A DNA stretch of 62,730 bases, filler included, from Sphacelaria rigidula (GCA_964200075.2; 5 parts of 5 records of this genome joined end to end with filler, not necessarily neighbours in it); one strand, 5' to 3'; numbered from the whole stretch's first letter, positions 1-13,205 are shown. The notes: generated from the sequence alone by a model not told the origin. A program made the numbers and translations.

Positions 1-146
1 GATCGATGCCGGGGAGGGGGGGGCGTACTCATTTGTTGCTTGCCTTAGTCGTTTGACCATTGACCACGCCCCGTCTCGAAAGGTCAATAGTCAAACGACT
101 AAGGCAAGCAACAAATGAGTACGCCCCCCCCTCCCCGGTATCGATC
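1..146. repeat. Hairpin made of two opposed copies of a LINE 3'-end motif (arms 1-65 and 82-146)
   Basis: gatcgatgccggggag...gtttgaccattgacc is the near-perfect reverse complement of ggtcaatagtcaaacgactaaggcaagcaacaaatgagtacgccc...tatcgatc. The same motif ends the LINE at ~33100. Confidence 0.9.
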
Positions 147-515
147 GAAGGCACTTGCGGACGGTACTTCCCTCGGGTTTTTGTCGCATATTGGCTAGCC
201 TCCTCAAACCTCATTTCATTGATCAACCTCATTTTATAGAACCCCCTGTTCTATGCTGTCGACAGGAACAGCATCTGCTTCGACATGGTTGTCTCGGTGG
301 CATATTTTGTTGCGTCTGCTGCTGTGATGGTGAAGTTCGTCGGCCGTATTGTACGCTATACCGCCGTGATCATGGTTGTGTGTGTAGCCTCCGGTGTGGG
401 GGTTGAAGTTTCGCTCACTCGATTCGATTACTGATTGATTTGCTGACATCCTACGGACCCAGCCGTGGTCACGAGATAAAAAAAAACGTCATGGGCTGTC
501 TAAGGTACGTCGGCC

Positions 516-572
516 CTGCCTCTACATTGCGCGTGCCTCTACATTGCGCGTGCCTCTACATTGCGCGTGCCT
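516..572. repeat. 17-bp tandem repeat x3 (ctacattgcgcgtgcct)
   Basis: Three consecutive copies read directly from the sequence. Confidence 0.9.
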
Positions 573-584
573 TTGTAATGTAAT

Positions 585-1061
585 ATGGGAAGACAACAAG
601 AAGCAATCGAGTGCTATGTATTCGCGATGGGCGCAAGCCCACGGGATGAGCGCCGGTGTCATCTTCATCGATCTCTCTGCATCACTATCGGCAACAGCAA
701 CAACTACGTTCAGCAGCAGCAGCCGCGCCATGATAGACAACAACATCGCAGTGGACTAGATGGCCAGCACGGGAAAGTAAGCTACAGAAACGAGACAGAT
801 TGCCTCATGTCGTTGCTCTCAGACGGAGGTGCCCATTGCTCCGCGGTCGACAGCGCTGCTGCGCGCTTACAACTCGGTGTAGCATTGCTGTGTCAGGAGT
901 GGGATGTAAGAGAGGCGTGGAGTCAGGTTGTTGCTTCGACAAAACTTCGAACCGCGAGTGCAGTCGGAGGGCAGGAGGGCGGGACGACGTTGCAGCTCAA
1001 TGGCCGAATCAGTGGCTTTGCGGGAACGAACCTCGGGTGGGGTGCCGTGTGGCTGATCGAG
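585..1061 (+). CDS. Possible upstream TPR-like exon of the GT41 gene
   Basis: MGRQQEAIECYVFAMGASP and AAARLQLGVALL resemble TPR helices; phase-0 donor GAG|GTGGGT at 1062. An in-frame stop just upstream (576-578) weakens the call. Confidence 0.3.
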
Positions 1062-1096
1062 GTGGGTGGGAGATGTTGGTGTGCATATGGCCCACA

Positions 1097-3435
1097 GTTC
1101 TTGTTTCTCACATTAACCCTTTTCCCATAACTTTAGAGCCCGCGGTCACGAAGCTATGACACATAAAAACAAAACGAAGAAAACAACTATACGCCCCCGA
1201 GCAGGAAAACACGGCACCCCGAACGGCGGGGTCCTACACACGCGTCAGCGAAGAAATATAATACGCAAAAATTTACGTACGGCCCGGAAGGACAAACGAA
1301 AGAAATAAAAAAAACATTGCATACATGGTATGTTGGCCATAGGAGACCAATAAGGCCGAAGCAGGGAATCTACACCGTTCCACATATGAAACAAGTCAGG
1401 ACAGTGCAAGACAAGGCACGGTACGACGCGACGGGGAGCAAAGATTGATGGGACCAGAAAAACGAGCCTAGACAAAGGGAAACATTACGATCAACACAAG
1501 TCGGAACAGGATAGGACAGAACATAATAAAACCAAACAAACTCATACAAACCAAACCAAGAACTAAAGACGAGACAAGGCGAAAGGAAAACGTACAAAGG
1601 AAAAAGAACGGAGGGCGGTGTCGCCAGTCGGTTATGAACCTCGCCACGTGCTTTGCCTCCTATATCTTCGCTTCTTCTGTGGCAGTGATGCATAGGGGCT
1701 CCCCTGCGCTTGCTGATTCCATTTTCGGTCTCCTTCCGTCCCGTTCACCGCTCCGCTTTGGTATCGGTTCGTCCGCAGCCTCACTCTCCCTCGTTCGTTC
1801 GTTTGCTTCATTTCCCGCTCTCTTCACGCGCCGATGCTTCCTGATCTTGTCGGTGCCATTTTACCCCTTTTCCACCCTGCCGTGCCATTCCGGTTTCTTG
1901 GCGCTCGTTGTCCACCTCCCCTCCTTCATCTCTTCTTTCGTATTGAAGAACTTGAGGTACTGTTTCAGGCATTGCATCCAGTCAAGCTCTTGCCCGATCT
2001 GTGCCCCTTGCCCCCCTCAACCGTCCCCAGCATGACGCGCTTCGGGAGTCGGTTTTATCTCCCATACACGTGACGAATTCCGCGGAGAGCGGTCTCCGCC
2101 TGCGCACAGTGGCCTCGAGGGTCTCGGTGCAGCCGGTCTTGAGGAGGGCGTCGGCGTAGCGCAGAGGGCGGTCCGTGCGCGCTCTCTTGTTCCACCCGAT
2201 GCATCGCGTGAGGAAAGAGCGGTGAGCACTGTTGAGGTTGTCGTATTGCTTCTGCAACAGGGTCCACGTCGTCTACCCGTGCAGAAATATCTCAGTTATT
2301 TCGACACGGAGCAGGCATACTTTGAGCCGGAGGGGAGCTCCTGACGGTCGTACATCGATTGGACATTCCACCTGCAGCATCCCCATGCTCGGTCCAGGCG
2401 ATTCGCCATCTCCTTTTCCATCTCTTCCCTCCTCGATAATAGTCTGCCCGAGGTAGTCAAACTTGCTGGCTTGACCATACACCTGGCCGCCGGCGTTGAT
2501 CCTGAATGAGCACTCCTCCATCCCTTTCGGCAGCAAGCACATGATCTTCGTCTTCGGCTCCGATACCGTTGGTTTGAACAAACCCAAAATGCGCACGATG
2601 GTCAACATAATCATTTCGAGGCTCTCCAGTGATCGCGAAACGGTGCACGCGCGTTGTAGGCGTATAGCATGCCCCATAGCGACTCCGCGGTCTACTGCAT
2701 CGTCGTCTTTGGCAAACTCGTCCACTAACACCATGAGCATTACGGCGAAGGACACATTGAACAGCAACGGTACCAGATTCCACCCCCGTCGGAGACCCTG
2801 GCCCACGTCGAACCAGTCGGATCATGTCCCATCGTCCATCCACATACTCGCCCGCATGACGTCGTGGAACTGGCGGGTGATCGCCAGCATCTTCGGGGGC
2901 ATGCCGAATTGCTCGAACACGACCCACAGCAGCTATCGGTCGACGGAGTCGTATGCCTTGGTGATATCTATGTGGCACGCGCATAGCTGGGCGCTCGTCT
3001 TCCGCGCTAACTCGTGGAGCCGCCGGATCACAAACATCATGTCGTAGGTCGAGCGCATTGGACGGATTCCGCCTTGCTCCTGCGGGAGGATTCCCTCGCG
3101 TTCACAGTAGTTGCTTGAGCGTGTGGCGACGAGATTGAGCATCACCTCCCCAGCGTGTGCCACGAGGGAGATGTCCCGGTCGTTGCCACACACCGTTGTC
3201 TACTCTTTCTTGAACACAACCTTCATGGTGGTGTCCTCCCCCTGTTGTGGCACTTCTCTCGTCTTTCACATGGCGACGATGATATCGTGAAATCAGAACA
3301 GGACTCGCCTCCATCGAGGAATAGTTTGATGAGCTCCGCCTGGAGCTCGTCCGGCCCTGCTGTGTTTTCGTTGGTCATTCCCCGTGTCGCTTCCTCGTCC
3401 TCGAACGTGGGCAGTATATCGCTGAGCTTATCGAC
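1097..3435 (-). mobile_element. Degenerate 5'-truncated non-LTR retrotransposon (LINE, RTE-like) with RT domain and 3' UTR
   Basis: Minus-strand fragments [69 protein letters not shown] and EATVRRRR are typical LINE RT motifs. Several frameshifts; boundaries approximate. Confidence 0.88.
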
Positions 3436-4573
3436 TGGTTATTAAGAAACACCACACTGGGGGTCAAGATCAGAGCCTCATTTCGAGGAGAAGAGGTTAG
3501 GCTGAATTTCTCAGTGGTGGATTCAGTATATTTTCAATTCGAGTGACCATACAACGAGTTCAGTTATTTCTTACTCCTTCCTTTCAATGGGAAGCCAATG
3601 ACCAGCGAATTTGTTTTTTGCCGTGTCCAGCTCACTAGCAACATGTTCAATATGACATACAGTCGTGTGGGCGGTGTATTGCGCCCGCTGTACACGTGTA
3701 TCATACCCGCCGATACGCGCTCCTAAACCGCCACAAATGGACCCAACGGGATGAATGGCTGGATAAGCCCACCGAGATGGACGCATAGAAAACAAAGCGA
3801 ACACGACATATTTGACAGCAACCCTACGAGTGCTGTACATGGTATGTTTACGGGAGACAAACGCACTAAAAATACGTAGTCCCGCACCCCATCATCCTGC
3901 TTTTAGATTACACCAACTTACAACCGTATCTGACCCTTTCCTATTCGTTGTCAATAGGCAATCGAAGGACGAGCACAAGAAGCGGCAGCTGGATTCTTCG
4001 CAAACGCAACCGCTTTCGGTAAGGGGTGGGCGGTCTCCCATCTCCGGAGCTGGCGGCATCGCTTGGGGTGGAAATGCTCAGGTATAGGCATGTCGGGCAT
4101 CATCGAAGGAGCCGAAAGGTAAGGACAAAGGTCGTATATGCGTTTGTTTGTGTTTTACCGCTTCCTTTGATATGCGCCGTGCACTTGCTGAGGTACGTGG
4201 CGGGCATCGTTCTTGAGTTTTTGGTAACCTGATGCCTCCCGCGACGGGCGTCTTCGCTACCCCATTTTTTTTGCGTTGGTTATGCTCTGCTGTAGGTTGT
4301 TGAGCGATATATTTGTCTATAGACATCAACGCACATCTACCGTGAATGTGGTCGAACGAATGTCGCGGGTAAGTGCAGTCACTGGAAAGGACCGTTCACG
4401 CTCCTCGCCTCGACTCCCGTAGTATCTATCTACTGCAAGAATTCCACAGCGTCTAAAAATCAGACGCCTCCCAAAAATATAACGAAGACAAGGAATTCTT
4501 CCATAGCTCCCTTTTTTTCTCCCCTCCCCTCATCATTGCGGTGCGTTTTCTCGGTTCTACTACTACTCGATAG

Positions 4574-7500
4574 ACTTATTATACTCCATGCTGAGAGCAT
4601 GGAATCCAACAACCCATCACAGTCCGCTGCTAGTATTGGTGCCCTCATCGAACACCACCTGGCTCTGGCTCGGGCACTTCTTCTCAGCGGTGCGTCGGCA
4701 GAGGCTCGGGGTCACTTGCGCTCATCCGAGCAAGTGTATCTGCGCCTCGGCCGTAGACTCATGGTCCGGCAGAGAGAGGGATCCGCGAACAATGACCAAG
4801 ATGCTGAACCTGAGGAGTGCGTCCTCGCCGAAAACAATAGCGCCAGCCAGACCGAGGTCCTCAAAACGGCTATCGCCTCCCTCCACCTCGAGATCGCGAT
4901 GCTGTCGCACACTCCGGTCGTGTTGAACAGCCAGGAGGAAGCGGGGGCCCTAAGGGAGCGGTTCACGGAGGAATTATTGCGGATGAGTTCACGGAGGTCG
5001 AGCGCGATTTTTCTTGGCGACGACTGGAAGTTTTCGAATCCTTTGGCGATAGGAGTTCGAAGTCAGTTTCTGCTGACATATCAGGCGAGACGAAAAACTT
5101 GATGTCACAGTATTGCTCGTTACGAACGCGACAAAACTATAGACAAAATGTGCAGGTTGGCACTTGTCACTTGGCACCGACGGCGTTCAACAAGAGAGAT
5201 CGGGCGCCAGAATCGACCAGCAGGAATCCAAATACTGAATTGACACTAGTACCCCGAAAATAAGTCTATGGCAATCGAGGAATCGCGAATGTTTCTTCAG
5301 AAAAGTCATTGTTGTGTCGCTTTGCGGTTTACTCTTCACAATACTTCCTTCTCTTTGTTTTTCCGGTTCATGTAACGCCGTTTCACCCTCGTGGGACGCT
5401 ATTTTCGTCCGCCATTGTTGTCGCGCGACCGGCAGGGTCTTGATGACAAAGACACCGCGGAAGCTCTCGCCGTTGTTTTTGGTGAGACCTCGGGCGGAAT
5501 GCTGGATTATCAAGCCCCTCGCCTACGCCCTCAGAAACCACCTGCGGGCAGCAGCAGCAGCAGCAGCAGCAGCCACGACACGGATGTTCAACAGTCGTGT
5601 GATGTGACAAGCGTCGATCGATCGAGTGACGTTGCAGCATATGTGACACCAGGGCAGGTTCGACAGGGGCACGACACAATCGCGGATCAAGAACCGGCTC
5701 TCGGTGATATGGCCGTTTTCAAGGAGAGTAACTTCATCCGGAGCGAGAACGCACAGGGTACAACACGTTTCGAGGAGGAGAGCGTCTACCGTGGCGAACG
5801 GGATATCGTGAAAGTAGGATTTATTTCGTCATACTTCCGTTGGCACTCGGTTGGGCGGCTGACCGTCGGGCTTCTCGAGCAACTCAGCCGCAGGACGGAA
5901 ACCACCGGCCTCCAAATCTTCATCGTTGATACTTCCAGCAGTGCCGGGGAGGATGGAGATACGACGACCACTACGGAAGAGGAAACGAGCGGCAACGTTG
6001 GTACACAAACGTCAGGCAGCACCCCGCTTCAGGGTGACGCGCACGTCGGTGGCGAAAGTATCATTGCTCGACTTTCAGCGGCAGGAGCTTCCGTAACACG
6101 CGTGAACCCCTCGGCGACGGGTGATCCCTCGGCAACGGAAGTAGATGCCAGTACGAAGGACATGACAACCGCCTCTAATGACCCAACAAAGATGGCGCGG
6201 GAAACCGTCGCTGCTCTTGCTCTAGACGTTTTGGTGTTCGCGGACGTGGGGATGAGTGCGCTGACCACGGCCCTAGCGCACAGCCGCTTGGCGCCGGTAC
6301 AAGTGGCCTTCTGGGGACACCCAGCAACGACGGGGCTTCGGGCCAGCATGGACTACTTCGTCACTTCTGACGTGTTTGAGGGGGACTATATTTCCTACGG
6401 CAACATCAACCACCACCAGAACAACGATCAGGATGCGGGGGGTTTGAGTGACTGCCGGTACGACACGGAGCAGAAGCAGCGGCGGTATAATCGAAACGAA
6501 AACAGTAGCTTTGGTGGAGTCGGCAGCGAATGTACGGTTTGTCAGGGAGAAAGTCGTTGCTATCGAGAGGACGCATCTTCAGCTCCAGCAGACGGGGAGG
6601 GCGGCAACGACCGGAGATGGCGGCGAAGAGACTGGACCGCGAGAAAGAACCTTCGAGACGATTACAACCTCGGCCGACAATCTGCCTTTTCGGAACAACT
6701 TGTGCGCCTCGGAGGGCTTGGCATCGTGTTTGATGACCCCGCCGAAACGTTTTCCCGGCCAAATGGCCGCGCGGGCAAGCACCGCGAGGCGGAGGTGAGT
6801 TCTGCACCGCAGGAACCCAGCAAACAAGAGCGCGTTCAAACTCCACAACCACCGCGACGGTGGCAACAACAGGGTGTCAACGTCCTCCGATCATCCCAAG
6901 GTAAGCAAGTTCAAGCGGACATTCATGAGAACTCCGAGGGCGATGGTACACAACAGGAGAGCGCGATCCCCATCAAAAGCTTCACAGGAGGCAAGGAAGA
7001 AAACGACGACGAGACCTGTTTCAGGTGCGAAGCGCCACCGGCCCCCGGTGCTTCTGCGACACGGACGACCACGCCCCGTCGTGAGAATAGCCATGGACAC
7101 CGTCGGCCCCGTCTGTACATTTGTGCCCAATCTCTGATGAAGATGCATCCATCATTCGATCATGTAATCGCCAAAGTCCTAACGGGAGATCGACTTGCAC
7201 AAATCATCCTTCTGCGAGATTCTCGACAGTTGCTGTGGCACGCCCGCTTCCAGAGGAGACTCCGTACGGTCATAGACGCAGCGGAAGAGACGGCGGGGCC
7301 GCGTGTCATGAATCATGATAATGTTAACAACAGCACTTTCGCCCAAGGTCACGGTACCGGAGACGGCGGTAGCTTATGGGGGCGAGTACGCTTCGTAAGC
7401 CCAATGTCCGCGAGCGAGTTTTTTGCTCTGCAGTGCCGCGCGGACGTGGTGCTTGATCCGTTCCCTTTTGGCGGCGGGGTTACGATCATCGAGGCGCTGG

Positions 7501-8207
7501 CTTGCGGCACTCCAGTGGTTACGGCTGGAGCTCTCCAGAGCGTTCACAGGCTCGCCGAAGGAATGATTGCCGTCATTGCGGATAGTAAAATATCACCAGA
7601 AGCCAGCGACGCCGCTGGCGGCCCAAAGACGCCGGCGGGGAGATTTGCAGCGGAAGTGCGGGGGCGGGATCTATCGGCCGAGGGGGAGGAGACAACTGAT
7701 GGACGCCTTTACGATCGCGGTAGTCGGAGGACATACGCTGACGTAATCGAAGACGGAGTGCAGCATAACGCAGGATCCGTGGTAACGGCAGGTGGCTTAA
7801 AACCGGGAAGAGTCACTACCGAGGATCATGCAGATGACAACGATGCAGCAAAGCACCGCCTCGACCACGAAGTGCACACAATACGTCGGCGATGTTGTCA
7901 CCACCATAGCCTGGCGACTACTGCTACTACTACTGGTAATGACAGGGGTCACGCAATAGGAGCTCTAGGGAACGGTTGTGCCATGTTAGTGAAACACCTG
8001 GTGGCGAGTTCTTCGGAGGAATATGCCGAGAAAGCGATTGCGGTGGCTCAGCCCGGACTGTTAAGGGAAAGCGTTGTCCGCGCCTTGTCGGAAATTGAGG
8101 GTAGAGATGCTCTCTTACGAGGAAACGGTGTAGCGGAGGATTGGGAGATTTTTCTGCGGCGCGCAACGGCGTCGGCAGCATCGATGTCAGTTGAACGGCA
8201 CGAGTAG
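4574..8207 (+). CDS. Glycosyltransferase family 41 (O-GlcNAc transferase/SPINDLY-like) protein; exons ~4574-5084 and 5436-8207, further 5' exons likely
   Basis: Motifs VGFISSYFRWHSVGRL, LDVLVFADVGM..RLAPVQVAFWGHPATTGL..DYFVTSD, FSEQLVRL, CAQSLMKMHPSFD, ADVVLDPFPFGGGVTIIEALACGTPVVT and LVASSSEEY are present. Splicing out 5085-5435 gives FLLTYQ|GLDD, similar to the F-x-L-A-Y-Q-G motif of this family. Confidence 0.88.
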
Positions 8208-9690
8208 GTAGCGGGGACGACGTATCATGTGATCCACGGTCGACTGATGAGTAGCAATTTCCAGTTTGACCAGCGTGTTTTTCTCGTAATGTAGCGCCAA
8301 TCAATGAACAATATCGGCGTGTTGTTCTCCAGAAATATGTTGCCAACATTTAGCATGACTGTGGCATTCGTGCAAATTGGCTGGATGGCGGGTGGCCGAT
8401 CGAGAGACTCGTGCAAATTGGCTAGATAAAGTAGCCAGCACATGCATCATGAATGGATGCGCCATCATATCGCGCCCTTTCATACACACTGTCTGAAGAG
8501 GCACATCATTTGCGAGCGTACACGTGCATATAGCACACACCTGTATACACAACTTCAAAAATCGATCAAACGAGAAATGATGGCAACTTTGAAGTTGAAG
8601 ACACACACGAGCATTTCACGAACTCGAGGTAAAAATCGTGATGACGTATGATGAGGACAATCGCACCGCCCATCATACCGCAAACTTGTTTGAAAGGAGA
8701 AGTGAAATTCCGTGATAATTTTACCGAGAAGTCTATGGAATGTTTGCATCCATGTATGGACGTGTATTATGTACAATACACACGAGCAAAAGCCTTTTGA
8801 GTAACTGTTTCCCCTCGCTTTTCTCGCGTTTCCGCAGTGCGAGGGATGACGTTCCCACTAGTAGAGAATTTCCATGACGGACAAGGGAAAGACGTGTCCC
8901 TGTCTGTCTATATGTCCGATTAACTCTCTCATCAGACCTGAAGCTTGCCAATTTTTCGATATTTCCTGATCTTTTCACCCTTGGCGTTTGCCCTCATGCG
9001 GGAGCGACTACCGACAGCCATCTCGCAATCGCTCGGCCTGGGCCAAACCTCACCTCCTGGGGTAGTATGTATTTTGACTCATCCCATTTCAATGAATAAC
9101 TCCAGTCGTGGGGGGTACTGTTTTAAGAGTGCAGGTCTCCACCCACCTCCAGTATGCAGTACAGGGATTACCGACTTCGCGGTGGATATTCATTCCAGTA
9201 TTGAGTGTTGTTGTGATGAGGTCACCAAGTATGATACGTCTTTCCAAGTTCGACTTGGCAAGAACTACCGACGGACACAACGCAAACGCTCGACCTGGGC
9301 CAAACCCCACCTCCCAGAGAGGTATGCATGTCGACTTTTCACATTTGACTAAACAAGGTCAATTGTGTGAGGTGCTGTTGGTTGAAGAATGCACGTCTCC
9401 ATCCACCGACAGTATACACGGACCACAGATTACACGGTGGCGCGTTTGTCGACTTTTCATATTTTGCTGAACAAACCGAACGCAATGGTCTGCACTCAAA
9501 ACACGTGTATATAAAAGGACAATACACGCTGTATGTAGGTGTGTGCCCGCAAGTTAGCTGGAAGTTCCGTTCCCATACGAACTATTTATCGTGAGAAATT
9601 GGAATCACCGTTCCCATCCTGAGCAAAACATTTAATTTCAATTCCGTGAGAAAAACAACGAGGCAAATATCGCAATTCCTGCGATTTCTC

Positions 9691-9795
9691 GTCACTGCGA
9701 GGAAGATTACTGAAATAATAAGAACAAATGACCAGCTACTGTCACTGCGAGGAAGATTACTGAAATAATAAGAACAAATGACCAGCTACTGTCAC
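9691..9795. repeat. 50-bp perfect tandem duplication
   Basis: gtcactgcgaggaagattactgaaataataagaacaaatgaccagctact at 9691-9740 and 9741-9790. Confidence 0.9.
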
Positions 9796-10317
9796 CGCAT
9801 TCAAGGAATATATCTCCACAGGACAGTTGACAGAGGTAGTTGCGTCAGTAAGGAGTACCATGCCATATGGGTTTGACATCCGACATTTATGTGTGTTTAT
9901 TTTGTTTTTTCTTCACTGTTTTTTTTTTACGTTTTCAATGTAAAAGGCATGTTGTTCAGAAAAGGAGGGAACGGCAGACATGGATCGTTGTCTTGAACCT
10001 TGAATATGAAGTTCTTTCGGCGAGGATTGGTGTACTTCGAAGTATGTACTGGACACCGCTGTTAGTAAATACTGCGGTGTCGATGTGAAATATCATGCCG
10101 TACCATATCGTGGAATTCAAGAGGGAGGCGGGATGTTTGACAGGTTTATTTTGGTGGCCGAGTGGTCGACATCGACGGGCGTAGCAAGAAGTGCTTTTGG
10201 TTTCCGTCTTGGTGGTCGCAGATATCTGCGTGAGATCTGTAGACACGGTTATTATGGATTACACATGAAGGTTTTCGATTGCTGTGCTCAATTAACGTAC
10301 TCACGGCGGTGCACCCA

Positions 10318-11040
10318 ACAGCCGATCATCCATTGTGAGGATGGAGGTTTTTATTGAGGATGAAAACCCGGAAAATTGAAATCTTCGCATCCATTTTTTC
10401 GAGATATGATTCCATGCCTTCATCTGCTGATGGCTCTTGACAACTGCCACACACTGTGCAAATTGAAATTCCGATTACCCCATATTTGGTTCTCTACCCA
10501 GGACCCCCAAATTTCTGTCATCGGAATTCAACTTTGTACAGATTTACGAACAATATATAGTGCGTATTGCGGCTTTTGTTTTTGTCGCTCCAACTTGTGG
10601 TAACAGCTGCTCATCCATTTCGAGGGTGGAGGTTCTCAATGAGGATGAAAACCCGGAGAATTAAAACCCTCGCATCCGCACCAAATCTTCGGTACATGGT
10701 TCCATTTCTCATCTGCTGGTAGCTTTTGACAACTGCCACACGCTGTACAAAGTTGAACTCCGATGACACGAATTTGGGGGGCCCAGGTAAAGGACGAAAT
10801 GTGGGGTAATCGGAATTAAAAATTTACAGCATGTGGCAGTTGTCAATAGCTACCAGCAGATGAGGAATGGAACCAGATCTCGAAGAATTGGTGAGGATGC
10901 GAAGGTTTCAATTCTCAGGGTTTTCATCCTCAATGAAAACTTCCATCCTCGAAATGAATGATCGGCTGTTACCACAAGTTGGGGCGACAAAAACAATAGC
11001 ATGCAATACGCACTATATATATATATGTTGTTTGTAAATT
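10318..11040. repeat. Foldback/MITE-like palindrome (arms ~10541-10775 and ~10800-11040) with an extra direct copy of the arm at ~10318-10540
   Basis: The block gaggatgaaaaccc..catctgctgg..gacaactgccaca occurs twice forward and once inverted. Confidence 0.75.
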
Positions 11041-11227
11041 AACGTCCCGTTGACGACGTGCCTGACTACCGCGGTATACCTACCGTGATGGCCGATTACT
11101 GTTCAAAATATACGGTGAATTACCGTGATCGTAGATCGACGCGGTAAATTCACCGTGGTGGTCAATCACCGCCCAAGAAATACGGTGCATTACCGTGGGG
11201 GCCGAATGCTGCGGTAAATGTTGAGAC

Positions 11228-11550
11228 GATGGCTCATTTGACAATCTTGCAACCCTCCCGACCGTCGGAAGATGGGTTCAAATCTCGGTGAAGCCTCACG
11301 ATCTGGGATATTTTCTCATATCGTTCCCAGCAGTGGAGAGCGACCTTGTCGTACGTACACAAAATTCGACGTCACGGTCGACGAGGGAAAGGAACCGCTG
11401 GGCTCATCTCGCCATGAAGAACCAGGTCAGCACCGCAGGAGGAAGGCGGATCAGTGAAAGAAACAAAAAAACATACGTGTTGACCTCCCTGTTGAGTGAG
11501 CCGGCTGATGCATCCAGAATAAAAGGGATGATAACTCGCACACACACAGG
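11228..11550 (+). mobile_element. tRNA-derived SINE, diverged copy
   Basis: Collinear with 28864-29225 (ggttcaaatctcggtg..cacgatctgggat..cagtggagagcgac..cgtacacaaaattcgac..ccagaata). Confidence 0.75.
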
Positions 11551-12412
11551 AACACACGACGAAGCTAAAGCTGGGATTAGATCGAACCAGATTTCAATCT
11601 CCCTGAAAAAGTGTCCGGGTTTAGAAAAAGCGAAAGCCGTTTCTCCTTTCTCCGGCATAAAACCATGCTATTCGTGGGAATCTTGGCTGGGGTGCACCCT
11701 GCCGGGGGTTCACGGGTAGTGCAGTACTTGCCCGAGTTGTATACACAGAAACCCCCCACATTCATAAAACTGCGCGATTGCGGTACCATCTCACACACCC
11801 CATCACGTACCCGCAATCCACAGACAGGTACGACGTGTTCACTGCGCAAAAGAAAAAACGTCAAGTACCCTCGGAGGCTGTCGAGTGTTCTCGAGACAAA
11901 CATCGACACCTTCATCCAAAGCTCCTCGTGTTTTGCTCCACCCCCCCCAAAATATATTTATTTTTTATTTCTTTCCTACAGCGGGCGCGGCCGACGTGAA
12001 CTCTACAGAGGTGATTATCCCTTCACCTTCCTCGAAGCAGCGTCACCTTCCCATCTACACTACACCACACCTGCGGCTCTGCCAGGCCTACATTGGTACC
12101 ACTTGTACTGAACTCGCTCAAGCCCACCCGAGATATTCATCTTTTTGGATCTTGTGCTCCCTCCGGATTATCGTGGAGAAGGAAGTCATGTTCCAGATGA
12201 ATCCTTCCCTTCTTTTCTCAAGTGGAGGTTGTTTTTCCTTTTTTCTCAAAACGCCACCCAGAACTCTACGCCTTGTAATAATCTTGTCGTGAGAATACAT
12301 ACACAATTGTACCCCCATTTTGCACCACAATATCGCTCGACATCATCATGTTTATTCGCGCTGCATACTACCTCTCATCTCCACTTTCGCACCATCAACA
12401 AAATCAAGGTAT

Positions 12413-12413
<1 letters not shown>

Positions 12414-12467
<54 letters not shown>
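12414..12467. repeat. Poly-C tract at contig end
   Basis: About 54 C running into the spacer. Confidence 0.9.
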
Positions 12468-12567
12468 NNNNNNNNNNNNNNNNNNNNNNNNNNNNNNNNN
12501 NNNNNNNNNNNTTAATTAATTAANNNNNNNNNNNNNNNNNNNNNNNNNNNNNNNNNNNNNNNNNNNN
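12468..12567. other. Artificial contig spacer (N44-TTAATTAATTAA-N44)
   Basis: 100-nt spacer whose 12-mer has stops in all six frames. Confidence 0.98.
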
Positions 12568-13205
12568 AGTCGACTCATCATACTAAAACCAAGTAATTTC
12601 CAGACGAATCATTATTTGTCCGACCCTTGGAATTATCGTCTGTCCCTGACTGGTGCCAGGAGTCTGACAGAATGCAAATTCCTCCATTTTTACCTCATTG
12701 GCTTAGGGGAATTGTGGCTGCACCAAGGGTTGGTGAAGACTTTCAGACATGTTTCAAAAGCATTCTCAACCGTTTTGTTTTTTCGTTTTTTACCCCTCCC
12801 CTTCCTCGCGTAGAGTGCGGAGTCTCAGGGGTTCAACCCATCTCTTCTCCTGTACACGCCTCACATCTTGGTTTAGTACACTGGATCATGACTGTCAGCA
12901 CTCCCGCGTCGCGTCGACTCTCGCCAACATACCTGTTTTTCGCCACTGACGTCCTCGTGTTTCCAACAAGGAAAATCAGACGCTTCTCAAGAACGTTCGC
13001 ATGCATCTTCCGGGATCTGAACTCGAAAACATTCCGCCGTAGCTACTTCCAGCAAGACAACTTGGATCACGGGGGCACTGTGGGCGTCGCGCCTTTATAG
13101 AAGAGAATGTACTGTAGCATGCACAGGCACGCATCCGTAGCGGAGTTGAGTTGATCTCCGAACTCGTAACTGACGCCATACAAAAATATTTCTGTCCAAC
13201 CTTAG

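Noticed and set aside
11982..12010. Micro-exon (GRGRRELYR) as the snurportin 5' exon
   Set aside because: It has plausible splice sites but lies on a different piece from snurportin, and it is too short to assign.
12512..12523. TTAATTAATTAA as a biological motif
   Set aside because: Identical in all four N-spacers; it is an artificial stop linker.
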